Origin: Octopus bimaculoides
Taxonomy: Eukaryota
Length of the DNA stretch: 64,000 bases
Reading direction: 5' to 3'
NCBI RefSeq assembly: GCF_001194135.2
Contig: NC_068997.1
Span: forward strand, 10,769,255 to 10,833,254
The position numbers and the translations under genes were made by a program. The notes beneath the pieces are model-generated. The model ran no database searches. It was not told the DNA's origin and saw only the letters and a program-made list of their open reading frames with translations. Positions 14,851-27,204 of this stretch are shown here, piece by piece (position 1 is the stretch's first letter; each line of letters opens with the position of its first letter).

Positions 14851-14949
14851 CTCCTCTCTCTCTCTCTGTGTCTCCTCTCTCTCTCTCTGTGTCTCCTCTC
14901 TCTCTCTCTCTGTATGTCTCTCTCTCTCTGTATGTCTCTCTCTCTCTGT
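14590..14949. repeat. Compound microsatellite (TA/TG, TATC, CT) grading into 21-bp and 18-bp minisatellite units, ending at a gap
   Basis: Read directly; GTGTCTCC has period 21 (14847, 14868, 14889) and TGT(ATG) has period 18 (14911, 14929, 14947). Confidence 0.9.
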
Positions 14950-15050
14950 NNNNNNNNNNNNNNNNNNNNNNNNNNNNNNNNNNNNNNNNNNNNNNNNNNN
15001 NNNNNNNNNNNNNNNNNNNNNNNNNNNNNNNNNNNNNNNNNNNNNNNNNN

Positions 15051-15092
<42 letters not shown>

Positions 15093-16429
15093 TTAAACAT
15101 AATTCGCTTTATGTAAATAGGATGATAAATTGTACAGTACTGCACTATGTGTAAAGGATTATTTTACTTTTCTCGCCGTCCTGATCATTTCGAATCCGCG
15201 AGGATTTGACTTTGCACTTTATCACTCCAATGTCTATAAATTTATGGAAATAAAATCCCTCCGGTCGATTAAATAAACAATATCCTTCATTCTGATGAAC
15301 TCAGATGTTTGTATTAAGGCAATATATTAAAATCTTCTGTAAACATCAGAGAATATGAAGTAAGCATATAAAGTTTGCAAGTCGTTGTCAATTCCTGTTT
15401 GAAGTCAATTCCCAACTAATTGACTATTATTGCTTTTGAGGAACGATATAAATAAGATATAAACGCCATACCACCTCATTTATACGTCGATAGTGTGGTA
15501 AGAAATAAATATTGGAAAAGTGATCGATGAATCTTTGCTCCGTACTTAAACTCATTTAGCGAAGAAGTTTTGATCGTTAAAAATTGATGTTTACTCTGGA
15601 GGTCTTACCTTAATGTTAAAATATATCAAAAAAGAAAACAAAAGAAAAGAAGTTAATGAATATGGCAAACAATTTTACAGCTAATGGCATAGAATAATTC
15701 TCAGTGTTCCTAAATACGGACGTAAATCAGAAAGAAAATAATATGATTTTTGAAGAAAATAAAATTTCAAGCTTCTTGGCTTATAATGTTAAGAGAAAAT
15801 AAAATGATCAATATAAGTGGTATTTTTATTTTCATTTAGAGCGTTCCATATTTAGTGGAAAACGGATGTTATTGCCGACACAATTGAGGAATAAAATAGT
15901 TTTTATATTTGTATTCTCCATGTTTATATCTAATTCATACAATGAAGTGAAATTTTAGTCACCGATTCAATTAGCAATCCTGAAATCAATGTAATACATA
16001 AATACTAATAACAGTTATTAAATAATGAATGCAGTGTATCATGCGGTAAAACGTTAGATTGTTGGTATAAAAAGACAAGTTCGATTCTAGATTCTTGATT
16101 TATTTAACTTACGTTACTCACAACCTCCAGTGATTATACGCTCTTGCATTTACTGGTTTCTGTAAATTATATAGTAAATGCCTGTGATTCTACAAAACTG
16201 CTCATTAAAGGCTGTGCATTGCTCTGGTTTCAAAGTGGGGTATTTCAATATAATATATTTCAAAGAAAAGGAATTCTGAATACAGCAGGCTATTCCTTGG
16301 TTGTAAGCAAGTCATTCCTTCCATTTAACTAAACCGGAAGAAGAAAGTGAAAGTGTAATAATGAATATGAAATCGTAACTTATTGACAAACAATCAATTA
16401 CTTTATCAACTCTAATATATTCTACGAAT

Positions 16430-18500
16430 ATAAGTTCTATGTGAAGCACAATATATCTACCCCAAAACGTAGTGGGTGGCGAATATGGTATGATAGCATG
16501 CCAGATGCTAAGTCATCACAACACGAAAGTTTGTGAATGTCTCGCATTTTCATCTCAAGCAATTTGTTCTAAAATAAGCATAAAAATGTAGGAGTGTCAT
16601 TCTAGCCAAGTTTGTTAAAACATGGAGGCGCTATCGGAGTAGGAGCCGCGATCTGTACGAGGCTTTAAGTATTTTGGTTTGAATTTATAAGATAGCAGAT
16701 GCATTGATATTGCGTTACGAAGAGGGATGGCAAATATCAAGGCAGCCATTATGGTGATTTCTTCAATATCTATGAAGCAATCCATATTGTTCACCAGGAT
16801 CACAACAATGATCCTTTCAATTAAATTATATACCCACTAGAAACTATAAAATCATATATACAATAGTACCTGTAACATTACAACTTATAAAATCTCTTCA
16901 GTCTGAATAGCTTTAAGTGCCCTCGGTACGTCTATACTTATTACCCCCTCTTTTCGGGTTACCTTTATCTCTTCCCTACCTCAAATTTTAATCCTCTGTT
17001 TCTTTAAATGTAGGTTATATGTATTTCTTATCATTTTCTATAAATTCTTATTATTTTGCTTTCTTACTTTGATATCCTTATCTAGTAACCTCTTATCCCT
17101 TATAAATTATTACTTTTGTTAAATAGAGATTTTTCAGTTACTTACGTCGATGCTAAATGATTATACTATATCCATATAAACGTATAAATATTTGTGTATG
17201 TGTACATTTGTGCACATATATAGATATGTGCGTGTATCTGTAGACATCTTTATTTTTATCTGATTCATGGCTTAAATTAATATATAGATAGCATGTTTGT
17301 CTTTCCAGTTATTCCATAATTAAATGCCCTGAGCAATCTTTATAGAAACCACCCAATGAATAATTAATTAAGTACATGAATGAATATTAAACTGATTCTA
17401 TGCAATCTTTCCTTTCTAATGTTTAAAATTGATAAATACATACATTTTACTCATCTTGGCTATGATATCATTTTGAAAATCTTAAATTTTATTTTTATAC
17501 AACATAACAATATTGTTTATAAACAACCACCCATAGTTCCCCAAGATAAAATTTCCTATGTATTAGCATCCTAGGTTTCTTAGTGTCTTGCCCCTTTAAC
17601 TGGTAATTAACATCAGGATTTAAAGTCTTCCTCTACCCAACTTCTTTTTATAGGCAGTTAGTTTATATCCAATTGACTAATCCTAATGTCATATTTCCTC
17701 CTTGAGGCAAAGAGATACATATGACAACATTTATGACCATACCTAACCATGAGCTGTCAACTCACTCGTGCTCTTTATCCAAAACAAACACAGTCTTCTA
17801 GTCTTAGATTTAGTTGTTGATAAAGAGATAAATGATTTAGAAAGGAATTGCAGTCCTTTATAAGCTATGATCCCAATGGGTTTCATGTGACTATTGGAAT
17901 TTTCTTTTTCCTTTTATTTTTATTTTCCTCTTTTTCTTTCTGGAATATGCAACATAAATCAATGACTCATTATTTTTAATAATTCAAGGAGAACGGAAAA
18001 TGAGCTCTGATATGTTTTGGTGCTATTATGATGTCATCAGCAAAGCTGAGAACTCACCCGACCGATATAATGATGTTAAATTCATGAAAGTAAACGTGAA
18101 ATACTTACACTCGTCGCCATCAACAAAATAGAATTGTTTAGCGAATGAATAGTTCAGAGACGCCATCTGGTGAACTTGAGCATTATATCTGGTGGTATTA
18201 TGCTTTAATTCAATATATTGTAAGCCTTCCTGCAATTGTGTAATTCTCCTCTAAGATAGTAATCTTGTTGTTATAGAAGCTAATGAAATTTCTATCAAGT
18301 TTCCTCTGATGGCACTGCTTTCATCGGCGAAATCAATACGAACATATTTATCAGTGTATTTGTACAAAAGTGTATGGTTCTAAGCAATGTCTTGTATTGA
18401 TGCCTGATTGGTGTCTGAGTACTGATGTAATTATAACCCCATAAAAGCAGCCTTATGTCCCTCTTAAAGACACCTCATACTCTGTGTAGTTATGCAAAAA
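16430..18500 (-). mobile_element. Highly decayed Gypsy/Ty3-type LTR retrotransposon pol relic (RT, RNase H, integrase)
   Basis: Hand translation of the minus strand gives motifs in Gypsy order, broken by stops and frameshifts: YTDKYVRIDF (18358-18329, cf. DG.VR.C.DF); QFYFVDGDECKYFTFTF; VLSFADDIIIA (FADD at 18044-18033), then FSVLLELLKIM; LQFLSKSF and FVLDKEHE (17788-17765, cf. FVW..EHE); KTLNPDVNY (17629-17603, RNase H-like); DIEEI; IWHAIIPYSP (16506-16477, cf. integrase GI.H...PYHP). No LTRs recognised. Confidence 0.65.
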
Positions 18501-18999
18501 CAGTAAAACAAGCCAAGTTTTTCGAAGTGTTATATGAGGGGAAATATTAAATTGAATCCAACATTATCTAAATCTTTAAAAGAAAGAAAAATAGATACAT
18601 GCACAAAAGTGGTATGAATTTAACCCAACGTTTTTCAGGTTCTTTTAACTATTTCAAGAAAAATAGAACAGTCGGCAGGTATATAATACATACAAGAACA
18701 GATTATACACCGGCAGGAATTGGTGTTCTCTTAAATCTTACATTTCCTCGAGCTAAGTGTTATATGTACGGCTAATAGTCTAGTCTTCAGAATCGATTTC
18801 CTTGATTATACGCTCTTTATTTATGAAGTTTTAATTATGTTTCACTAATATACAGGTTCAGTTTTAATCTATTTCTTCAATTTTGATGTTTCACTTCGAG
18901 AAATTAAATCGATAATAACAATGAGCTATTCGTAAAAATTTAATTTAGTGTATAAACTTGCAGCAAAGTCGTGTTATAATGAAATAATCTCATTATTCC

Positions 19000-19895
19000 T
19001 TCATTATCTATTTCACACATTTAAATTTATGCCAGGTTGTTAAAAGCATTAGCATATCTTTATCTATTTCCAGATGCTTTATCTAAATTATATTCTAAAT
19101 TACGTGTTATCTTTGAAATCAGATTACATTTTCATTTAAGGTCGAAAGAATAGACAATCACCCTATAGGCATTATTAACACTTCCGGATAGAAATGGATA
19201 TTCGTTTGTTTTATGCTTAAAAAACATCAAATTAAGCAGATATTTTAGGTACTATGTGATGCATTTTATAAATATATTTGGTTGAAATCAATTCATATAT
19301 ACAACTTTGGTGTTATAAACTTCATTTTTCTCATAACGAACAACCGAATTTCTAACATATAAAAGCGTGAGTTTATCGCAAGCTGAGATCACAGCGCCAC
19401 TTAAATGGACGCTATGTAAAATTATTTAGCATCCACTGGCAATATCGTTGAGAAAGGTACTAACATAATAATGTTCACTTTTATCACTGTTAAAACATAT
19501 GGAATTTGATGCTAAATGTAAAGAATTCAATATTTGTGCACTTAGCGGGTGTATTCTGCAGTTTCAGTTAATAACGTTATCAATATGGTTTACGTAACTT
19601 TTAGGAAATATTTTGAATAATAAGTATCAACTACTTTGTGAAACAAATAGTCTATCTTGCATTGCTAGGATCATTCTTTTGGTTTCAGTGGAATGGAAAG
19701 CAACGTGAAATTTTGATTTTGCACTTTCGAAAAGATGAAGATATGTCTTGGTAATAGTTGACAATCTTTCACAATCTTTCAACAGGTAGGATAATACTCT
19801 ATCCCATTTGTCATCTGCGACATTTTCTTACTTGATTGGCAGTGGACTTCAAAGTTTGTAGGGCGTCAGATAAATTACCGTGTAAGACATTTAGC
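19000..19895 (-). other. Possible gag/protease-region relic upstream of the Gypsy pol
   Basis: One minus frame from about 19827 (ENVADDKWDRVLSYLLKDCERLSTITKTYLHLF...) runs about 200 codons with about 6 stops, fewer than expected for such AT-rich DNA. It lies 5' of the pol relic on the same strand. No diagnostic motif. Confidence 0.25.
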
Positions 19896-22244
19896 TAAAT
19901 TATATGAGCAAACCTCAAGTTTGATTTTATACGTTGTCCCTCCGATTTCGGGAAAACAAATATCAGTGAAAAACTGTGAAAGATATAAATTTTCGTAACC
20001 CGAAAACACCTTACATTTTGCCTATAAAACAAAGCAAACACTATTTTCTGAAATATAGAGGACGAATTTGCTGAATAATTAACTAAATAAATAACTTGAT
20101 GCATTTTACGTTTTTGAATATTCACAGATCGAAATTTGCTTTCTTTTCTGCTGACGATTAATCTCGATATACATTTATTTGTCTATAGAGATTTGTTATA
20201 CCAGTATAAAAACACTTTTCACCTTTTTATTTTGAGATATAACAGCAATGAAACGAAGAAAATGGTAAAGTGACGATGTATTTAATGTCGTCCCTCTGAA
20301 AGAGGATGACAGTGTAACATAAATACAAATGGTTTTTAGGGTCGTATAGAATATTTGAGATTAGCGCTTCCGTTCAAAAACAAATACCATGTGACCAGTT
20401 AGTTCGAGGCCACAGCTTATCCATAAAATCTGTGATAAAAGTATTTCAGTCTCAACCATTACATCACATCTTATGTTATGGGTTGCCTTTATTTCTCAGA
20501 TACACTGGGGTAGAATATGAGGAATATTTGGATGTGCTTTCGAGCACGTTGAACAACTGTATACAGGATCCCTCGTTGGCTATTTGAGAAAACTTTTTAT
20601 GTGCAGGTGGAAGAGTGAGAAATGTACTGAAAAGCGAACTGAATATATTGATTTCTGGATTACATTTATTCCGTTAGGTGAAAATTAATTTTCTCTTTCT
20701 TTAACTGCTTTCACTAAAATGTCATTCATGTACTAGGAGGAGTGTTGAGAAATGTAACATTTGAAGGTGGTATGAAAAACTGGTCGAGCTACTCATTAAT
20801 ACATTTTCATTACGTGACCCATTGCTATGGCTGGTAGTTGTAAACACTGACAAAACTGGAACTTAGAACGTAAAGGATTAACATTTATATTGTTGATTCA
20901 ATTGACTGTATAATTCTCTTTAAGAAGTTTTATAAACATAGAACCGTTCCACCCACCCCAGAGTGGAAGGCGGACGTTAAACGATGATGATGATGATGTG
21001 AACATAGTTATTCTGAATTGTGTACCATTGAAATAGATATGTTTTTATTATCTTACTTTTTATTGTGTTAATTATTTTAAAAACATTTCTGACTTTACAA
21101 ATAACATTTCTTCGATAATTAAACCAGGTGTTTCATTGATTTTCTAAGAAACCGTTATTATATAAAAAATAATGTAATTTTTTTTACTAAAACAATACTT
21201 TATACATTTTTGGTATCGTATTTTCTTATATATTTTCTGATTCTCCAACCTTAATTTTATACATTATCATTCCAATAACGTAATGAAATCCTCTAAATTA
21301 ATTTAAAATTCACAAATACAAATGTTTAATTTTCCTTTTTGTTACTCATGTATTCATTTGTTTCGAAATTATCAGAAGTTCAACATTGCTTGACTTTTAC
21401 AGAATTCACGACACCGTCATAAGATTTAACTTTATAATCACCTCATTAAGGTCTTTTGAATAGGTTTTATTTAAAAATAAATCGACAATGTTTATTTAAA
21501 TGTTTTTATGTTTATTTTAGATTAATGCCTGCATTTTCCTTCATTATTCTCCTTAAAAAGTCAACAAGCTTCTTCACTGTGTCCTTGGAATGTAACTGAA
21601 AGAGATTAACTATTCATACTTTTGTTATTTTTTGTTGAAATAAGGTATTCAAAATATAAAAAGAGTTACAAACGCTTAAATTCCCCAAGTAAATGGTTAC
21701 TTGCTTTTCATTCTGTATTTTATCCGTTATTTTTAGGCACCGTCCTTTAGAAATTAATTTTATGAAATACAAGATTTTGCTATAAATAATGCATTTTTAT
21801 TTTCTAATTTTGATGTACCCAGCATTCATAGCTTAATGATAAACTGCAGCTTTTGATTAGATTTCGTGAGAAAAAATGGGATCTTATCCTTTTCGTTCTT
21901 ATTGTCCGATTTGTCTCTAATTCTCTACATTGATGTAATTACGTATAATAATAACGAAAATTATACGCTTGTTTTATCTAAATTAATAATGAAAATGCTA
22001 CACACCTTTGAAGTTTGAAATGTTGGCTAGTTTTAACCAATCAGGCGCCTTATTTGTTTTTATATATATGAAACTATAATTTCCATACATAAATAAAAAG
22101 AATATCAAAGCATTACGAAACCTTGAAATATGTTTTTGTTTTAGATAATAGATAATTGAAACATCACGAGACATATTTAAAGAAGAAAAATAAATGATAA
22201 AGCGTAATGGAAACTTCCAAAATGACAGAAACAAAGCGAATCAG

Positions 22245-22810
22245 CAATGACCTTGTGCAATGCATTCAAACGATTTTTTAATGGTGTCGCAAATTTCGTA
22301 TCGGAATATGAACTCACAAACGTACAAGTCGTAGATTTACTAGTGTCATAGTGCTATATATTTTCTCATTTGAGACATGCACGAATATTTCACACTTCTT
22401 GCATATTTCGTCTCGTCAGAATTGCAACGAGATGTAGAGTATAGAAATACCAGTCGCGTCTCTCAGCATTCACAGCCGAAAGCCCACTGTTCGAGTTGTA
22501 CTTTTCTTTGGTTATACTATCATCTCGAGAACACCGTTTCATCAATTCCGACAATGCTTCAGGATCATATCTTTTTTTGGTTGTGGAGTAGGTCGCGTCA
22601 CAGATTTCGCGCACATAGTTGTTATATTCAACAGTTGTACTGTAGCTCATACCCCGTTCTTTTACACAAAAAAGATAGTAATGAGTTCCTTGACTCAGGA
22701 ACGGGGAAACTGAGTAACAATTCTAAAAAAAGGGTGTCTTTAAACCAAATCTATTTTCTAAAACACATTAGTTTCGTTAAGTTCAAATTGGGACGGAAAC
22801 AAGAGAGGCT
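22245..22810 (-). mobile_element. Merlin (IS1016/ISXO2-like DDE) transposase relic
   Basis: Minus strand: RGMSYSTTVEYNNYVREIC, then frameshifted KKI*S*SIVGIDETVFSR**YNQRKVQLEQWAFGCEC*ETRLVFLY (IDE at 22555-22523, QWAFG at 22489-22475), and C-terminal LYVCEFIFR (22315-22301). These match my remembered Merlin consensus KIGG.G..VEIDES.F..RKYN.GR...QQWVFGG.CRET and YL.EFMWR. TIRs not found. Confidence 0.72.
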
Positions 22811-22853
22811 TGAGAAGTGATGTTGTTGTTGGAAACAGGCAAGCGTGCCTCTC

Positions 22854-22935
22854 TATATATCAATAATGGAGGCTTCCGTTTGGTTAAAATTATTATATAT
22901 CAATAATGGAGGCTTCCGTTTGGTTAAAATTATTA
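22854..22935. repeat. Perfect 40-bp tandem duplication
   Basis: TATATATCAATAATGGAGGCTTCCGTTTGGTTAAAATTAT occurs twice. Confidence 0.95.
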
Positions 22936-23469
22936 AAAGTTTCAAATTAAATCGGACACTCAACGAAAAGTATACGATTCAAAAACATTCTATTGTATAT
23001 TTATTAAAAAAAAAATGTTTTACGTGAAAATGAAATTTCATTTCTTTTAGCAATTTCGAAAGTGTAATTACACTTCTTCCCCCTCCTCTACCTACGTTCA
23101 GCATTGAGTTGCTGATGTTGCTTACAGTCACATAAATCTTAATGGAGCATGCTTATGTTCAAAATTTGTCCTACCGTAAGCATTACCCTCTGTTTACGTG
23201 AATCATACAAAATCAAAATCACGCGTTGTATTAGTAATCAATTTTTAAACTTTATGCGTGATTTGAGTTACAATTTGCTGCTATTGTCAGTAGATCTTAT
23301 AGACAGCCTGAGAGATCCTTTTTTTGGTGTGAGTGTTGTGTGCTTCCGGGAATAGTATAAATCTATCTTGAATAAAAATAAGTAAAAGCAATTTATCTTT
23401 ACGCTTAAAATATCAGGTAAAGAGTTATATGTCACTGGTGCTTGTATTGGTACTTATAAATCGATGTAA

Positions 23470-23850
23470 AAGAAGGCTAACATAGAATATTTGCTTGTTT
23501 ATCCACCTGGTTTCTGGGTGATTTTAGCGGAGTTCACTCTGTTGCAAGTAATCTAGCTTTGTCAGGGTCTGAAGAATAACAATTTCCCTTTCCGCTTCCA
23601 ATCTCAGAAGGTCTGAAAAGTGTTATGAATGCTTGTATATCATCTGTGTACGTGATAAAAATACCATGGCAATCAATGGTTATATTGTGTGTCTGTCATT
23701 ACTAAGAACATTGTCATTGTGAAAGCGTAGTGAAATGCTTTTGAACGGGGAGAGAAATGAACAGATGTTTAACATTGTTAAGAGTAATGCAGAGGAATAC
23801 ACTGGAGTGGTGAAACTATGTAACAATATTAGTTAATGAAGCTAACTCCC
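23470..23850 (-). mobile_element. Possible CR1/L2-type RT relic
   Basis: Minus strand: CHGIFITYTDDIQAFIT...DPDKARLL (cf. HG+..H.YADDTQ+Y...LN..KTE+L). Only these motifs support it. Confidence 0.3.
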
Positions 23851-24187
23851 TAACGATCTGAAATGTGGCGAGGTTTTGAATTAACCAATGGAAGACATTT
23901 CGCTTCACTTATAGTTTTAATGAGCTTGTAGAAGATATTATCGCTATAATCTCGCATTTATTATAGCGGATAGATTACCTCTAGTGTTTAGTCACGTAGA
24001 AATCAAAATAAATACGATATAAAGTATAATTTGTCAAGTAAGGAACAAAAGATAGAAATAAACAAATGTTTTAAAGCTTTTTAAAATTTAATTGAATTTA
24101 TATTTTTCATTTCGCCAGTGCATGCTAATTTAATTAGCAGGTATTTTATCTTAAAGATTAGCCACGTTTCCTCAAATATCAAGAAAT

Positions 24188-24600
24188 GTTCATAGGTGTC
24201 TCACAGAATATAGGATAGTACTTTCCAACAGGTTAACAATACAAGTTTCCATTCCAAAGTCTTTCAGTCTTCTGGGTAGAATTTTGGTTGTGCCAAATAC
24301 ACTGCTTACAAATGGAATAGTTGTTGTCTTAGTCTTCCACAATTTCCTCAGTTATTTCTCATTTTTGTTTTCGATTTCTTTGATATCGACTCTGCTATTA
24401 TAATGAATTGTAAAAACTATGACCTTCCACTGTTTATATTGTCCTCTGTAAACATGTCTCGTCTTCTTGCCTCAACAGTATGGTCAGTCTTTATAGCAAA
24501 GTCATAAAGACTGATTCCTTTTCTTGTTGAATTCTCCTACTGTTTCAATTACTTTTTGGGTATCTCTGGCTTCCGAAATTATTCTTTCTTTACTTTGCAC
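24188..24600 (-). mobile_element. Decayed RLE-type LINE 3' fragment
   Basis: Minus strand: YDFAIKTDHTVEARRRDM (cf. WDF.IQTD..IEARRPD)...SRVDIKEIENK...LRKLWKTKTTTIPFVSSVFGTTK...LLESTILYSVRHL*. Confidence 0.75.
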
Positions 24601-25512
24601 AATATTATTATTGTTGTTGTTGTGTTATTATTATTACTACTGTTGCTGTTGATTTTGTTGTTATTAATATTATGCTACAGTTGTTTCTTGCTATAGCTAA
24701 ACGTGACTTATGAGTTTCATAAATTTCTATATTGTTTTCCTCTTCAGAGATATTTTTAATGTTATTAATTTAAGCTAACCAGGTGTACAGGAAACTCGAA
24801 CGCTTTCTTTGCATTACTTACTCCACAGAGTAAGATGTTAATGAATATTATTTAATTAAACGACACATTTTCGCGGCCAGCAGGCAAGCGCGATTTGATT
24901 TTGAACGTGAAATTGTTATTCACAATCCTGATGCTTAATTCAGTAATAGGGACGAAACCACTCACCACCATATTCAAATCTAGAGTCCACTGATGTGTCT
25001 TTTCATCTCTCTCTACCTCTGCCAACTTTTACAGCTACTGAAAGGGAAAATGGAGCTTGCTGGCTTCTTTAAACTTTTATACTTGTTATATCGCAAGTGG
25101 CTGTGTGAGCTACGAAATCCTCGTCGCCACTCATATATCGCACGCGTTCAGATGAGCTTTACTCAACTACCCGACGTCTAGACTTCTCCCTCTATTTCTA
25201 CGTATTGGGCTAGGCTACTTCATCGTCTGGGGGCGACGACACAACAATACTGAGACACTCCCAAATCACTCATCTTTCTTCTTTTCATTGCCTGTAATGT
25301 AATTCACTCCCCGGGCCCTATATTAAACACTCCTTTCTACCCATAACACCCACCCGCTTGCTTTTCTTGCAAATGACGTAGGTTTGCTTCACCAGACAGA
25401 TAATATTCGAGGATAAAAAAAAATTCATGAGCATAGCCATTCCTTTACATAAAAGAAGAAACAGTAGTGTATGTAAAACTATACTCTGTGTTCCACAATT
25501 TGAAAGATGACA

Positions 25513-25560
25513 GACCATGATTTGAGAAAGATTTGGCAACTATTTCTAGCAGGTCGAGGG
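25513..25560 (+). repeat. Dispersed repeat family D (representative copy)
   Basis: Motif TTTGAG(G/A)(G/A)A(G/A)ATTTGG...T.TTTCTAGCA recurs at about 13118-13156 (+), 9490-9535 (-), 39518-39570 (-) and 62221-62270 (-). Confidence 0.55.
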
Positions 25561-26973
25561 ACAACATGCACATTCATTTCTTGCCTTGAATAGATTTCAG
25601 TCACATGCTGAGATTAATTTCATTCAATCGAAGCAATACGCTTTTTCAATGCATGTGGTACATGGAAAGAGTTCAGTTAGTATAAATTCAGTGAAGGACG
25701 TCTCGAACATTTACGATGTAACAAGGCAAATGTTTTCTTGAAACATTATCTGAACTTGCTTTCATATTTATTACTTTCTTTTTATCTTTTTATCATCAAA
25801 TGTATTTCTAATAAAATGCCAATTTATTTACATCTCTACAGGAGGTCTGTTATTAAATTTGGATTTCGTATGAAAAAAAAAAAGAATAAATGTATAAAAA
25901 ATTCCTTATAATTTAATTCAGTAAATAATACACTCGGGGAATCGAGATTGCGACAATGTTTTGAATCTCAAATGAAGCCAACTTTCTCCAGTTAATCTAT
26001 TAATGTCTTTGAAAAAAATATGGAAGTAAGAAACTCTCAATAATTTCCTTTACACAATTGTTGGTCTAGACTTCTATATAAAAAAAAACATTAAAGATGT
26101 CTTGTGTTACAGTTATAACAAAAATACTTTAAACGAACCAAATGAGGGAAACTTTGCGCCATCTAATGAACCGCTAAACATAATCACTAAAACTTCTCAA
26201 ATCACACCATACTGCCTTAAATAAAAATAAACAACATATTTGATTATATATATTTATGAAAAAAATAATTTTAAAAAAATCGCTACTTTCTCAAAATGTT
26301 AACATGACCGATTAGGGTAAATAATAATTTATGCTTTGCGGATGTCCTTTTGTTTCTGAACAGAAAACAAACAGGAACGGAAAAACACATACATTGTGTC
26401 AGCTATTACGAGAGCCATCTCCACAAATATTTTGTCCTATTTATTACTTTCTCAGCAAATCATAAATCTCAATGTACCTGCCGAAATAGTTATGAAATAG
26501 TCAACATGCAAAAACTTATGATTATACACTGGTTAAGGTAGAAAAATAATTTTGCTTAGAGATGAAATAATTAAGAGACGCCATCAGATGATAAATATTA
26601 GTAAAGTTAATGTTCACACATTCAATTCAGAGAACATTATGACATTAACTAGAAATAATTATTCGTTGAGGGAAATCAATATTAGTCTTCTGTCAGCCGC
26701 AATAAAATTATTTCACTGCGGCAGCAAACGTAGAGCGAGAGGCAAAATGTGGGAATGTTTCTTCGCTTTTGTATTTCACTCCATCATGCTTTTTATACGT
26801 AACTACAGGGAGTTATGCACAATATTCTTGTCTAGACTTCAATTACAAAATTTCTGTGAATTGTAGTAACACTATTTAGTCTTCCCCAAACTTTTCTCAT
26901 CAATTCCAGATTATAAATCCCTTCGTGATTTGAAATGTTTGACAAATAATTGGAAGATTTTATACACACACGA

Positions 26974-26974
<1 letters not shown>

Positions 26975-27004
<30 letters not shown>

Positions 27005-27060
27005 ATAATGATAATAGTACTAATATTAATGACAGCAACAACAACAATAATACTCATCAT
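26975..27060. repeat. (AAT)n degenerating into AAC/CAT triplets
   Basis: Read directly. Confidence 0.9.
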
Positions 27061-27061
27061 C

Positions 27062-27154
27062 ATAGCAAGCAGGCAGAATCGTTAGCATGGCAGGACAAAA
27101 CGTCTACCAGCATTTCTTCCGACGTTATGTTCTGAGTTCAAATTTCGCCAAGCT
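27062..27154 (+). mobile_element. SINE family A 5' part, cut by an assembly gap
   Basis: GCAGGCAGAATCGTTAGCA...GTTCTGAGTTCAAATTTCGCC, then N10. Confidence 0.7.
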
Positions 27155-27164
27155 NNNNNNNNNN

Positions 27165-27204
<40 letters not shown>

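Noticed and set aside
18100-18360. Resemblance of KYVRIDFADE...RRITQLQEG to cellular RdRP (FLRV.F.DE)
   Set aside because: Better explained as the Gypsy RT R.C.DF box, given the downstream FADD, RNase H and integrase motifs.
19400-19830. Many in-frame TGA stops suggesting a TGA=Trp code (mitochondrial or mollicute insert)
   Set aside because: TAA and TAG stops also interrupt the frame, there is no mitochondrial or bacterial gene similarity, and TGG-to-TGA decay explains it.
16615-22668. A spliced membrane-protein gene model built from 22668-22452, 19894-19832, 18232-18111 and about 16836-16615 (hydrophobic WVYNLIERIIVVILV...AALIFAIPL)
   Set aside because: Splice phases do not chain consistently, and the flanking frames continue as Gypsy pol or Merlin motifs across the supposed introns.
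22377-22820. 147-aa plus-strand ORF
   Set aside because: Antisense shadow of the Merlin relic, with no recognisable domain.
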